The notes beneath the pieces are model-generated. The model was not told the origin of the DNA, searched no databases, and worked only from the letters and a program-made list of their open reading frames with translations. DNA of 32,000 nt. Origin: Desulfocapsa sulfexigens DSM 10523 (GTDB lineage: Bacteria; Desulfobacterota; Desulfobulbia; Desulfobulbales; Desulfocapsaceae). This document shows, piece after piece, positions 1 to 9,461 of this stretch. Position 1 is the first letter of the stretch. Each line of letters starts with the position of its first letter. The translations under genes and the position numbers were made by a program. Where the stretch lies: assembly GCF_000341395.1 (NCBI RefSeq), contig NC_020304.1, forward strand, positions 2,430,001-2,462,000. The letters run 5' to 3'.

Positions 1-837
1 GCCGGTCGTACCCTGTCCCGTTATGACCTTGATAATTTCTGTAATGTCGTGGTGCTGACAGAGCATGGAGCCAGACGGTTGCTGGCAACCAGAAGTACTA
101 TCGGCCAGACGATTAAGCTGGGTAGTGATTATTTCGAAGTCATAGGTGTCGTCAGAAGTGAAAACAGTCAAGGGGGAGGCTTACAGAGTCCAGACCAGCA
201 GATTGACGCCTATATTCCGCTCAATGTTGCAAAGGCTACTTTCGGCGATGTCTTCACCATGTCGAGCGCGGGGTCTCGTACCCGGGAACTCGTCGAACTT
301 CACCAGATCATTGCTGAAGTGGATGACACAGCCAATGTGGAATCAACTGCGGCAGGCATAGAATCGATGCTGAAAATATTTCACAAAAAAAAGGATTATA
401 CCATATCCGTTCCCCTTGCTCTTCTTCGTCAGGCCGAATCAACAAAACGTACCTTCAATATTGTACTCGGCTCCATCGCAGGTATCAGCCTGTTGGTCGG
501 CGGTATTGGTATCATGAATATCATGCTGGCATCCGTTACTGAACGAACCAGGGAAATTGGTATTCGCCGGGCCATCGGAGCAAAACGCCGGCAGATTATT
601 ATCCAGTTTCTCATCGAAACGGTTGTTCTCTCCACAACCGGTGGGCTTATCGGCATTGCCATCGGCATCTTCATCCCCTGGCTCATCACAACAATGGCGA
701 AAATGCCCACAGTTGTTACTCCATCCAGTGTTATCCTTTCACTCGGTATCAGCTCGGGAATCGGCATCATATTCGGACTTTACCCGGCAATACGCGCTGC
801 CAGTCTTGATCCGATCATTGCCCTCCGCCATGAGTAA
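1..837 (+). CDS. ABC transporter permease, MacB/FtsX family (C-terminal part; the 5' end lies upstream of the window)
   Basis: Frame 1 is open from nt 1, with no stop before the GTG at 49. The translation ends in a multi-TM FtsX-type domain (RTREIGIRRAIGAKRRQI ... LYPAIRAASLDPIIALRHE), which is typical of MacB/LolCE-type permeases. Confidence 0.85.
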   Translation, partial: AGRTLSRYDLDNFCNVVVLTEHGARRLLATRSTIGQTIKLGSDYFEVIGVVRSENSQGGGLQSPDQQIDAYIPLNVAKATFGDVFTMSSAGSRTRELVELHQIIAEVDDTANVESTAAGIESMLKIFHKKKDYTISVPLALLRQAESTKRTFNIVLGSIAGISLLVGGIGIMNIMLASVTERTREIGIRRAIGAKRRQIIIQFLIETVVLSTTGGLIGIAIGIFIPWLITTMAKMPTVVTPSSVILSLGISSGIGIIFGLYPAIRAASLDPIIALRHE

Positions 838-873
838 TCAGCTGAGGATTGTTTTGCTCTGTTGATTGTATCC

Positions 874-2079
874 CTATTCCGTCCCTTCCTGAAGTAGCCG
901 TTTATTCAACTTCCAGTTTACTCTGATTGTTTTTACAAGAACAAAAAGTAAGGGTGCTAACAGGATGAAATATGGTACGGAAAAAATATTCAGCAAACCA
1001 GAATGGATAAGAGCTTTGTCGAGAAAAAACATCCCGAAAACCCAAAATGCCACACCGGGACAAATAAGGGCGTAACTGGCGGGAGTCCTGGCTGCGGCAA
1101 TCTCAGGATCGAGATTAACACCATGGATGAATTCGGAAAAATAGTCATTCTGACGCATGATTACAAATCCCAGGATGCCAGCAAAAATCTGGATGGACAC
1201 GATAGAACTGCACCAGATAAAATAAAAGGATGGGCTGCCGGAACCATGAAAAAGAGTGTGAAATCCGTGATGAAGGCGGATAGCTGTAATACCAAGCAGA
1301 GTAAGGATGGGAATAAGAATCCACAGGCTGGCGCTGGCTTCACGACTAATCCCTTTGTCCATCATGGCATGAAAACCTAACAACAGATTCTTGATCGCAA
1401 GCAGGGTTGCTATGGCAAAGAAGAAAATGGAACAGAATGCCGCAATGCTGATCATTACAGGATTCTCACTCATGGCGGCGGGGGCGGCAAAGCCTACGGC
1501 ATTCATGGCAAAAGTAAACGATGAAAGCATTTGACTCAGAGAGTTGTTCTTGGAATGCTGAAAGTTGCCACCGGTGAGTAGTCTGCGGTAATAGTTGTAA
1601 AACAGGGTGAGACTATAGATACCTGTGGCCAGAAATGCAAGAAAGGCAAAGGGGAAGAGGTACTCAACAATATTCCAGAGGCCGGGAACCAGCATTGCGC
1701 CGAGCACGAACATGACGTTGATCGTCATTGTCAGGGTGAGGGGAATGGTCATTAGAGATATTTCATTACTACCCTGAATAAGCTCATTATAGTCGTCAGT
1801 TTTCTTGAATAAGCGGTATTCCCGGATATTCCACACCAGCATTCGCAGATGATTGAATGCGAAATAGAGCATAAGGGCGTAGCAGACAGCAGCAAGTGCT
1901 TTGACGGGGAGTGAAGTGGCTGCAAGAGAAGTCCACACCGAGTCAAAAGTCGCAATGGGTGTATCTGGGTGGGGTGTCATAAACATGAAAAAGATAAAGA
2001 AGGCTACGGTGAGGCCGCCGTTTCCAAGGGCTGAGAGAAAAAAAAGTGGAGAATAGTTTTTGCCGATATTCCGTTTCAT
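874..2079 (-). CDS. Polytopic inner-membrane protein (about 10 TM helices), possibly a TehA/TDT-like transporter; function uncertain
   Basis: The long minus-strand ORF is highly hydrophobic throughout. I chose the ATG at 2079 (MKRNIGKNY...), which is preceded by AAGGAA. The ORF-track start at 2244 would overlap the 3' end of tex by 47 nt. The family assignment is only a resemblance by eye. Confidence 0.65.
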   Translation of the reverse strand: MKRNIGKNYSPLFFLSALGNGGLTVAFFIFFMFMTPHPDTPIATFDSVWTSLAATSLPVKALAAVCYALMLYFAFNHLRMLVWNIREYRLFKKTDDYNELIQGSNEISLMTIPLTLTMTINVMFVLGAMLVPGLWNIVEYLFPFAFLAFLATGIYSLTLFYNYYRRLLTGGNFQHSKNNSLSQMLSSFTFAMNAVGFAAPAAMSENPVMISIAAFCSIFFFAIATLLAIKNLLLGFHAMMDKGISREASASLWILIPILTLLGITAIRLHHGFHTLFHGSGSPSFYFIWCSSIVSIQIFAGILGFVIMRQNDYFSEFIHGVNLDPEIAAARTPASYALICPGVAFWVFGMFFLDKALIHSGLLNIFSVPYFILLAPLLFVLVKTIRVNWKLNKRLLQEGTE

Positions 2080-2197
2080 GGTCTGTTCCTTATACTTGTT
2101 TGAATGTACTGCATGCGATTGCTCTGAAAATTTACCACATAAACATGCCAGACAGTAAGCATGAAAGCAAATAATTAAATAGATAGGAGGCTTTTTT

Positions 2198-4324
2198 TTA
2201 CAGCTCCCGGAGGGAAAGAGCGATGCGTCGCCGCTCTTTATCAACCTCCAGTACCCGTACCGTCAGTTGCTGTCCGGCTTTAACCACTTCAGCGGGGTCA
2301 CGGACAAATCTGTCTGCCAGCTGACTGATATGAATGAGTCCGTCCTGATGTACTCCAATGTCCACGAAGGCACCAAAACGGGTTACGTTGGTCACTATGC
2401 CCGGCAGTTTCATTTCGGCAATCAGGTCATCAATTGTATTGACGTTTTTTGCAAAGGCGAAGCTGACGAAATCTTCGCGTGGATCGCGCCCGGGTTTGGC
2501 CAGTTCCTCGAGTATATCATGAAGGGTTGCTAATCCAAGAGTATCTGAAATGTAACGTTTGAGGTTGATCGAATCTCTTCGCTTCTTGCTACTCATCAGG
2601 TCAGCGATGTTACAACTGAGGTCAGAGGCAATCTTTGCAACGGTTTTGTACTGCTCTGGATGAACGGCTGAGTCATCAAGTGGATTTTTGGCACCGTGAA
2701 TACGTAAAAAACCTGCACACTGTTCGTAGGCCTTAGCCCCCAGTCTGGGCACATGCTTGAGGTCTTTCCTGTCGAGGAATGGGCCGTGTTCATTGCGATA
2801 GGCGATGATATTATCGGCAAGTACCGGGCCCAGGCCTGAAACATAGGTAAGCAGTTCACGGGAGGCACTGTTGACCTCAACTCCAACACTGTTGACACAG
2901 CTTACCACCACATCTTCCAGACCATTTTTCAGTTCGGTTTGATTTACATCGTGCTGATATTGCCCTACTCCTATTGATTTAGGATCGAGTTTGACAAGCT
3001 CTGCCAAAGGATCCTGAAGGCGTCTGCCTATGGAAACGGCCCCCCGAACAGTAATGTCATGATCAGGAAATTCCCTGCGGGCCACGTCCGATGCCGAATA
3101 AATAGAGGCGCCACTTTCATTGACCAGCGTGATCAGGATATCGTCTTTCAAGTGAAGAGAGTGGACAAATTGTTCCGTCTCTCTGCCGGCTGTACCATTC
3201 CCGATGGCAATGGCCTGGATTCCCTGTTTCTGGCATTGGGTCCGTATTATTTCCCCGGCCTCCTGCTCCTTTTTCCCCCCATGGGTTGGGTATATAGCTG
3301 AAAAATGGAGCAATTTTCCCTGCTCATCGAGACAGACCAGTTTGGCCCCGGTTCGAAATCCCGGATCGAGTGCCATGACCCTTTTTTGCCCAAGAGCCGG
3401 GGCCAAAAGGAGTTCGCGAAGGTTGCCACCAAATACCTGTATCGCTTCCTGATCGGCTTTTTCCTTGAGTTCCCTGTGCAGTTCCTTTTCAAGGCTTGGA
3501 CCGAGCAGTCGCTTATAGCTTTCTTCCATGGCAAGTGTCATCTGCTGTGAGAGTTTGCCCTGCTTTGAATATCGGCTGCGAAGGAGAGCGAGTGCAAGTT
3601 CTTCAGAGGGTTTGAGGGATACGCGTAGTATCTTCTCACTTTCACCACGAAACATCGCGAGAATGCGATGGCCTGGTGCCTTGCGGGCCTCCTCCTGCCA
3701 TTCAAAGTAATCACGGAATTTAGCGCCGGATTCCCGGTTTTTCTTTACCACAGTAGAACTGAGAATTGCTTTTTCCCGGAAAAGTTTGCGCAGATGCGAA
3801 CGTGTCGTTAAATCTTCACTCATCCACTCGGCAATGATATCTCTTGCCCCTGTGTATGCATCCTCCTGCGAGGATATTTCCATGTCGGGGGTGATAAAGG
3901 AAGAAATATCCACATTACTTTCAACGCCAGTAAAAATTGCTCTGGCCAGGGGCTCCAGGCCCCGCTCTTTTGCCATGAGCGCCCGGGTCTTTCTCTTCTG
4001 TTTGAAAGGCAGGTAGATATCTTCAAGACTTATTACATTATCGGCTTTTTCCAGGCTATCCTTCAGCTTTTCGCTGAGAAGATTTCTTTCGCTGAGAGAT
4101 TCTAAAATTGCCTGACGGCGCCTGTCAAGTTCAGCAAACTTTGCCACAAGATCTCTTATGGCTGCGACCTGGATTTCATCGAGTAATCCAGTCGTTTCCT
4201 TACGGTATCTGGATATAAAAGGAACCGTTGCCCCTCCAGCAAGAAGTTCGGCGGTGGCCGTGACCTGAGGCGTTGAGATTTGAAGAGCTGCGGAAATACG
4301 TGTGTAATGTTGGCTGCTGGTCAT
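2198..4324 (-). CDS. tex: Transcription accessory protein Tex (HTH, YqgF/RuvC-like, HhH and C-terminal S1 RNA-binding domains)
   Basis: The 708-aa product has the canonical Tex N-terminus (GATVPFISRYRKE). It has a YqgF-like core (VMALDPGFRTGAKLVCLD). It ends in an S1 domain (GIVTNVTRFGAFVDIGVHQDGLIHISQLADRFV). Confidence 0.95.
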   Translation of the reverse strand: MTSSQHYTRISAALQISTPQVTATAELLAGGATVPFISRYRKETTGLLDEIQVAAIRDLVAKFAELDRRRQAILESLSERNLLSEKLKDSLEKADNVISLEDIYLPFKQKRKTRALMAKERGLEPLARAIFTGVESNVDISSFITPDMEISSQEDAYTGARDIIAEWMSEDLTTRSHLRKLFREKAILSSTVVKKNRESGAKFRDYFEWQEEARKAPGHRILAMFRGESEKILRVSLKPSEELALALLRSRYSKQGKLSQQMTLAMEESYKRLLGPSLEKELHRELKEKADQEAIQVFGGNLRELLLAPALGQKRVMALDPGFRTGAKLVCLDEQGKLLHFSAIYPTHGGKKEQEAGEIIRTQCQKQGIQAIAIGNGTAGRETEQFVHSLHLKDDILITLVNESGASIYSASDVARREFPDHDITVRGAVSIGRRLQDPLAELVKLDPKSIGVGQYQHDVNQTELKNGLEDVVVSCVNSVGVEVNSASRELLTYVSGLGPVLADNIIAYRNEHGPFLDRKDLKHVPRLGAKAYEQCAGFLRIHGAKNPLDDSAVHPEQYKTVAKIASDLSCNIADLMSSKKRRDSINLKRYISDTLGLATLHDILEELAKPGRDPREDFVSFAFAKNVNTIDDLIAEMKLPGIVTNVTRFGAFVDIGVHQDGLIHISQLADRFVRDPAEVVKAGQQLTVRVLEVDKERRRIALSLREL

Positions 4325-4516
4325 GGAAAACTCACTTATTAACGATTTATTTTAAATTTGTTTTTAAATAGAGTGGTGCTGCGGTATAATGTGGAAAGTC
4401 AATATCACTTTTTACGGCAGTGGATTACATTTTGTATCGGTCGGGCGAGGGAAGTATACACTCTGGAAGAGACCCGGCAAAGCTATTAAACTTCATGTCC
4501 GGACAGGGAGGATTGT

Positions 4517-4762
4517 ATGGCAAAGAAAGTGGCGACATTATGTGTACATTCTGCAAAAGATTTTAAGAACCAGGGAAAAGTCATTGCAAAGCTGGCCAAG
4601 CAAAATAAGCTTATCGCCATTACAAACCGGGTGGATCTCTTTATCGATGGTAAGCCCTGCCGACGCTGGTGGTTTGCTGATAAGAAGACTGGAGTCCTCC
4701 TCTCCGTGGAATATGGCCTTGTGGATAATGAGGCGATAAATTTTCTAACCAACGCTATTTAA
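4517..4762 (+). CDS. Small hypothetical protein (81 aa), no recognisable family
   Basis: The ATG at 4517 is preceded by GGGAGGA (4506-4512). A strong intrinsic terminator follows directly. The overlapping 116-aa ORF in another frame (4389-4739) is W/R-rich and looks non-coding. Confidence 0.55.
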   Translation: MAKKVATLCVHSAKDFKNQGKVIAKLAKQNKLIAITNRVDLFIDGKPCRRWWFADKKTGVLLSVEYGLVDNEAINFLTNAI

Positions 4763-4786
4763 TCCTGGTTTTTTCTGTGATGGTTT

Positions 4787-4823
4787 GCACGATTTCTCTT
4801 TTTGAGAGAAATCGTGCTTTTTT
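4787..4823 (+). terminator. Rho-independent terminator after the 81-aa gene
   Basis: There is a perfect 12-bp stem, GCACGATTTCTC (4787-4798) pairing with GAGAAATCGTGC (4806-4817). The loop is 7 nt and a T6 run follows (4818-4823). Confidence 0.75.
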
Positions 4824-4932
4824 GCTTTCACCACCTGCACTTTTCCATTTCCCTTTCATAATATATCCCATGTGCTACACTGACCGTATCTGAGTCTGGT
4901 TTCGTTATCTATAGGCAAGTGGGGCGGTCGGT

Positions 4933-7900
4933 ATGCGTTTTGAGTCTGGAAAAGTAATCTCTGATTTTGATCCTCATTTTAAGATATTTCATGAACTGAT
5001 GCCCTTCAAGGTACAGGAAATTCTTCTGGTTTCCAGTCCCTATGACGCATTTATTATGGAAGAGGATGGTTCCCTTGCGACTCGTATTGTAAATGAGTAC
5101 CAGGGCTTGAATCTGAGTGGTGCTCCCCGCATCACGCTGGTGTCTTCGGGCAAAGAAGCTCTTGAAATCCTACGGCGCCAATCCTTTGATCTGGTTATAA
5201 CCATGCCAAACGTCGGGGGCATGGACGCCTTTGCCCTCGGTGCTGCAATAAAAAAGATCCATCCTGTTCAGCAGGTTGTTCTTATATCTCACAGCCTTCG
5301 GGGTATATATCCCATACCTGAGAATGTTGATTGCCAATCCATTGATGATATCTATCTCTGGTGCTGTGAGGCAGATCTGCTCCTCTCCTTGATCAAGAAT
5401 TTTGAAGATCATGTCAATGTCGATGCCGATACAGCCCGGGCCATGGTGAGGGTGATCATTATGGTTGAGGATTCGCCGGTATACAGATCGACTGTTCTTC
5501 CTATCCTCTATCATGAAGTAGTCCGTCAGACCCAGGCGGTGCTCGATGAAAGTCTCAACGAACCCCATCGATTGCTGCGCATGCGGGCAAGGCCTAAAAT
5601 ACTTACTGCCATTAATTATGAAGAGGCCATGGTTCTGTGTGAGGCTTACAAACCATATTTGTTTGGCATAATATCCGATGTTCGCTATCCGAGACAGGGG
5701 AAGATGGATGCCGAAGCGGGTATTCGTCTTCTTGAAAAGATGCGTGGTGAGGTTCCAGATCTGCCCATGCTGATGCTCTCTTCGGAACCTGAAAACAGAG
5801 CACGTGCCAAGGAGATCCCAGCTGTGTTTCTTGACAAGGATTCACCTTTCATTAGAGATGAAATTCATTCGTTTTTTCTCGATTATCTTGGCTTTGGTGA
5901 TTTTGTTTTTCGACATCCCGATGGCGCACCAATTGCCCGTGCTTCAAATCTGTATGAATTTGAGCAACAGCTCCGTATTCTGCCATCTGAATCGTTGCGC
6001 TATCATGCCGAGTGCAACCATTTTTCCAATTGGGTTATGGCACGGGCTGAAGTTGCCCTTGCAGCACGCCTCCATCGTGATCATGTGAGTGGAATTAAAA
6101 ACTGCGCTGATCTGCGTGACGATCTGGTCTTTAAGGTACATTCTCTCCGTAAGCTCCGACAGCTTGGAGTCGTGGTGAAGTTTTCTCGTGAGTACTTTGA
6201 TCCTGATGTTATGGATTTTGTGAAAATAGGAAACGGCTCTCTTGGGGGAAAGGCGCGGGGGCTTGCTTTTATGTGGATGCAATTACAGCAGTCACGGGGA
6301 TCTCATCCTATTTTGTCACAGAATAATGTCAGCCTTCCCAAGACCTGTGTTATTACCGCAGATGGTTTTGATGATTTTATCAGTGAAAATCAGTTACGGC
6401 TGGATAAAAATGCAAGTGATGAAGAGATTGCCGAAACCTTTCTTGCAGCGCAACTTCCCGGTTGGCTGCAGGAGGATCTGCGTGCCTTTCTGCAAAAAAT
6501 CACCTTCCCTCTTTCGGTCCGTTCTTCAAGCCTTCTTGAAGATGCTCACTTTAAACCCTACGCAGGCCTCTATTCCACGTATTTTCTGCCCAATAATCAC
6601 CCGTCTTTCAGTCTTCGCTGCCAGCAGCTCGAAGAGGCAGTCAAGCTTGTATATGCCTCAACCTGGTTTGAGAGTCCAAGGGCCTATTCCAAGGTGTCCG
6701 AGCAGGGCCGTGAGGATTCCATGGCTGTGATTGTCCAGCAGGTAGTGGGCCAGGATCATGGAGGTTTTTACTACCCGCATATCTCAGGTGTTGCCCAATC
6801 ACATAACTACTATCCGGTGATGAAAATGAAGGCGGAGGAGGGTATTTCCCATATTGCTCTTGGTATCGGTAAGACCGTCGTTGAGGGAGAGCGTTCGCTG
6901 CGTTTTTCTCCGGCACACCCAAAACGGCTTGTTCAGTTTTCCACAGTGGATGATATCCTCACAAACTCTCAACGCCATTTCTATGCACTCGATATGAGTC
7001 ATTCCACCCAACTGGATCGTAAGGGGTCAAACCTGGTTAAACGACTGGTTCAGGATGCAGAAAATGAAGATCCGGTACAGATTCTTTCCTCAACCTATAT
7101 TCCTGATGAAAACAGAATCCGGGATACTGCTATGCCTGGAGTCAAGGTCGTTACCTTTGCCAGGATTCTTAAACATCAGCTCTATCCATTGCCTGAAATT
7201 CTTCTGGAGTTACTTGATCTTGGCCGGCGCGGAATGGGCTGTGAGGTGGAAATCGAGTTTGCTGTACGTCTGGATCCAAAGATCAATAGAAGTGAATTCT
7301 TTTTTCTACAAATGCGGCCCATGGTGACGGGTGGCGAAAATAGTGATGTCGCGATTTGTTCCCAGGAAATCAAAAGGGCATTCTGTTTCTCCAGATCCTG
7401 TCTTGGGCATGGCCGACTGGAGACCATGGCAGATATCATTCTTGTCAGGCCAGAGAGCTTTGATGCCGGAGCCACCAGGAATATTGCAGGAGAGATTAAT
7501 GCATTGAACGCACGGCTCCAGGCTGAGAAACGTCCCTATCTACTGATTGGGCCCGGGCGTTGGGGTTCTGCCGATCCATGGCTTGGTATTCCTGTGCAGT
7601 GGCGTGATATCTCAGGGGTTGGAGCAATAGTCGAGCTGCAGAATGAACAGCTTCATGCTGATCCTTCCCAGGGGTCTCATTTTTTTCAGAATATAACATC
7701 ACTTGGTATTCCCTATCTGACGGTTAAGGAGACGAAGGATGGATCTTCCGGAATATGCAGTGGGAAAGATGTGGATAGTTGTCTCAATTGGGATTGGCTT
7801 ATGGGGCAGAAAGAATTTCAGGATACCCGATATCTACGTCATATTCGTTTTTCCGTTTCCTTTGTGATGAAGTGTAACGGAAAAGAGGAACTGGCTGTCA

Positions 7901-7962
7901 TTTACCAGAAGGATGGAGAGGGGGGGACAGCGAAAACCTGTGAAGAGGTACGAAGAAAGTAA
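4933..7962 (+). CDS. Multidomain signalling enzyme: degenerate receiver + response-regulator receiver + PPDK_N-type ATP-grasp (PEP synthase / pyruvate phosphate dikinase N-terminal-like) + swivel-His-like C-terminal domain
   Basis: The 1009-aa ORF has these elements. REC-like 1 reads ILLVSSPYD...DLVITMPNVGGMD and lacks the acidic pocket. REC 2 reads IIMVEDSP...GIISDVRYP...LMLSSE...FLDKDSP. The ATP-grasp motifs are GNGSLGGKARGLAFM, LSVRSSSLLEDAHFKPYAGLY, YASTWFESPRAY, MAVIVQQVVG, EVEIEFAV and FLQMRP. The C-terminal part reads LLIGPGRWGSADPWLGIPV...SQGSHFFQNITSLGIPYLTV. Confidence 0.85.
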   Translation: MRFESGKVISDFDPHFKIFHELMPFKVQEILLVSSPYDAFIMEEDGSLATRIVNEYQGLNLSGAPRITLVSSGKEALEILRRQSFDLVITMPNVGGMDAFALGAAIKKIHPVQQVVLISHSLRGIYPIPENVDCQSIDDIYLWCCEADLLLSLIKNFEDHVNVDADTARAMVRVIIMVEDSPVYRSTVLPILYHEVVRQTQAVLDESLNEPHRLLRMRARPKILTAINYEEAMVLCEAYKPYLFGIISDVRYPRQGKMDAEAGIRLLEKMRGEVPDLPMLMLSSEPENRARAKEIPAVFLDKDSPFIRDEIHSFFLDYLGFGDFVFRHPDGAPIARASNLYEFEQQLRILPSESLRYHAECNHFSNWVMARAEVALAARLHRDHVSGIKNCADLRDDLVFKVHSLRKLRQLGVVVKFSREYFDPDVMDFVKIGNGSLGGKARGLAFMWMQLQQSRGSHPILSQNNVSLPKTCVITADGFDDFISENQLRLDKNASDEEIAETFLAAQLPGWLQEDLRAFLQKITFPLSVRSSSLLEDAHFKPYAGLYSTYFLPNNHPSFSLRCQQLEEAVKLVYASTWFESPRAYSKVSEQGREDSMAVIVQQVVGQDHGGFYYPHISGVAQSHNYYPVMKMKAEEGISHIALGIGKTVVEGERSLRFSPAHPKRLVQFSTVDDILTNSQRHFYALDMSHSTQLDRKGSNLVKRLVQDAENEDPVQILSSTYIPDENRIRDTAMPGVKVVTFARILKHQLYPLPEILLELLDLGRRGMGCEVEIEFAVRLDPKINRSEFFFLQMRPMVTGGENSDVAICSQEIKRAFCFSRSCLGHGRLETMADIILVRPESFDAGATRNIAGEINALNARLQAEKRPYLLIGPGRWGSADPWLGIPVQWRDISGVGAIVELQNEQLHADPSQGSHFFQNITSLGIPYLTVKETKDGSSGICSGKDVDSCLNWDWLMGQKEFQDTRYLRHIRFSVSFVMKCNGKEELAVIYQKDGEGGTAKTCEEVRRK

Positions 7963-8038
7963 TAAACTGAATGTGATTATAAGACTTCTCAGAATTTAAT
8001 GTTTACCGAATAATTTATCTAGTGTTATGGAGGAATAT

Positions 8039-9388
8039 ATGAATGACATTATCAGCTTAATCAAAAGCAAAGATCCAGAACAACGTGAATTTCATCAGGC
8101 AGTTGAAGAAGTTATGGCCTCAGTACAGCCAGTGCTTGAGCGTAACCCCGAGTACCGGCAACAGGCGGTTCTGGCACGTGTGACGGAGCCGGAGAGGGTT
8201 ATTATGTTTCGCGTTCCCTGGATGGATGACGATGGACAGGTTCATGTGAACCGCGGATTCCGGGTGGAGATGAACTCTGCCATCGGCCCCTACAAAGGAG
8301 GTCTGCGTTTTCATCCTTCTGTGAATATCGGGATTATAAAATTTCTCGCATTTGAGCAGGTCTTTAAGAATTCGTTAACCACTCTTGCCATGGGTGGTGG
8401 AAAAGGCGGCTCCGATTTTAATCCAAAGGGGAAGTCCGATGCTGAGGTGATGCGCTTTTGCCAGGCCTTTATGGCTGAACTGTTTCGCCATATCGGGCCG
8501 AATACCGATATACCCGCAGGAGATATAGGGGTGGGAGCCCGTGAAATCGGTTTTCTTTTTGGAATGTATAAAAAACTCCGTAACGAGTTCACCGGTGTCC
8601 TCACCGGAAAGAGTCTGAATTGGGGTGGAAGTTTGATTCGTCCCGAGGCCACGGGCTATGGAACAGTTTATTTTGCGGCCGAGATGCTTGCTACCCGTGG
8701 GGAAACTCTCGAGGGGAAAACCTGCCTTGTTTCCGGGTCTGGAAATGTGGCGCAGTTTCTTACGGAAAAAGTACTTGATCTGGGCGGGAAGGTACTGACT
8801 CTTTCTGATTCATCCGGGTATATTTATGATGAAGAGGGCATTGACCGTGAGAAACTTGCCTTTGTCCAGCACTTGAAAAACATCAGACGGGGCCGTATCG
8901 GCGAATATGCTGAGACGTATCGGAATGCCGTTTATACACCTCTTGACCCCTTACTGGATCATAATCCACTCTGGAATCATACGGCTGACTGTGCCTTTCC
9001 CTGTGCCACCCAGAATGAAATCAATGAGGTGGACGGGAAAAACCTTGTGAATAATGGGGTTCAGCTGATCAGTGAAGGTGCCAATATGCCGTCGGTTCCT
9101 GCTGCTGCTGATCTCTTTGTTGAACATCGTCTCCTCTATGCTCCGGGGAAGGCTGCCAATGCAGGAGGTGTGGCGGTGTCAGGTCTTGAAATGGCCCAGA
9201 ATTCCATGCGTCTCTCCTGGCCCAGAGGAGAGGTTGATGATCGTTTGAAACAGATTATGCATTCCATACACAAAACCTGTGTGGACGCAGGGGAGAGTTA
9301 TGGTGTCCAGGGAAATTATGTTGCAGGGGCAAATATCGCAGGCTTTGTAAAAGTTGTGAATGCCATGCTGGACCAGGGACTGGTGTAA
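8039..9388 (+). CDS. gdhA: NADP-specific glutamate dehydrogenase
   Basis: The product aligns by eye along its whole length with E. coli GdhA (GPYKGGLRFHPSVN, FKNSLTTLAMGGGKGGSDFNPKGKS, GSLIRPEATGYG, PCATQNE, GANMP, PGKAANAGGVAVSGLEMAQN). The ATG at 8039 has GGAGGA 4 nt upstream. An in-frame ATG at 8027 is the alternative start. Confidence 0.95.
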   Translation: MNDIISLIKSKDPEQREFHQAVEEVMASVQPVLERNPEYRQQAVLARVTEPERVIMFRVPWMDDDGQVHVNRGFRVEMNSAIGPYKGGLRFHPSVNIGIIKFLAFEQVFKNSLTTLAMGGGKGGSDFNPKGKSDAEVMRFCQAFMAELFRHIGPNTDIPAGDIGVGAREIGFLFGMYKKLRNEFTGVLTGKSLNWGGSLIRPEATGYGTVYFAAEMLATRGETLEGKTCLVSGSGNVAQFLTEKVLDLGGKVLTLSDSSGYIYDEEGIDREKLAFVQHLKNIRRGRIGEYAETYRNAVYTPLDPLLDHNPLWNHTADCAFPCATQNEINEVDGKNLVNNGVQLISEGANMPSVPAAADLFVEHRLLYAPGKAANAGGVAVSGLEMAQNSMRLSWPRGEVDDRLKQIMHSIHKTCVDAGESYGVQGNYVAGANIAGFVKVVNAMLDQGLV

Positions 9389-9417
9389 GTGAAATATAAG
9401 GATGGGAGGTGAAAAGG

Positions 9418-9441
9418 CTGAAATGGAGTTTTTCAGTTTTT
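9418..9441 (+). terminator. Weak candidate terminator after gdhA
   Basis: CTGAAA (9418-9423) pairs with TTTCAG (9431-9436), followed by T5. The stem is short and AT-rich, so the call is tentative. Confidence 0.3.
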
Positions 9442-9461
9442 AGTCTTGAGTCTGATTTTTT

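Noticed and set aside
2080-2244. N-terminal extension of the 456-aa minus-strand ORF (ORF-track start at 2244)
   Set aside because: It would overlap the 3' end of tex by 47 nt, and it encodes a Cys-rich, non-membrane-like leader. The internal ATG at 2079 has an SD and begins the hydrophobic protein proper.
3350-3364. GGTTCGAAATCCCGG, which resembles a tRNA T-arm
   Set aside because: It lies inside the tex coding region. No acceptor, D-arm or anticodon-arm complementarity is visible around it.
4389-4739. 116-aa ORF overlapping the 81-aa gene in another frame
   Set aside because: The translation is W/R/K-rich and looks like junk. It has no SD, whereas the 4517 frame has a strong SD.
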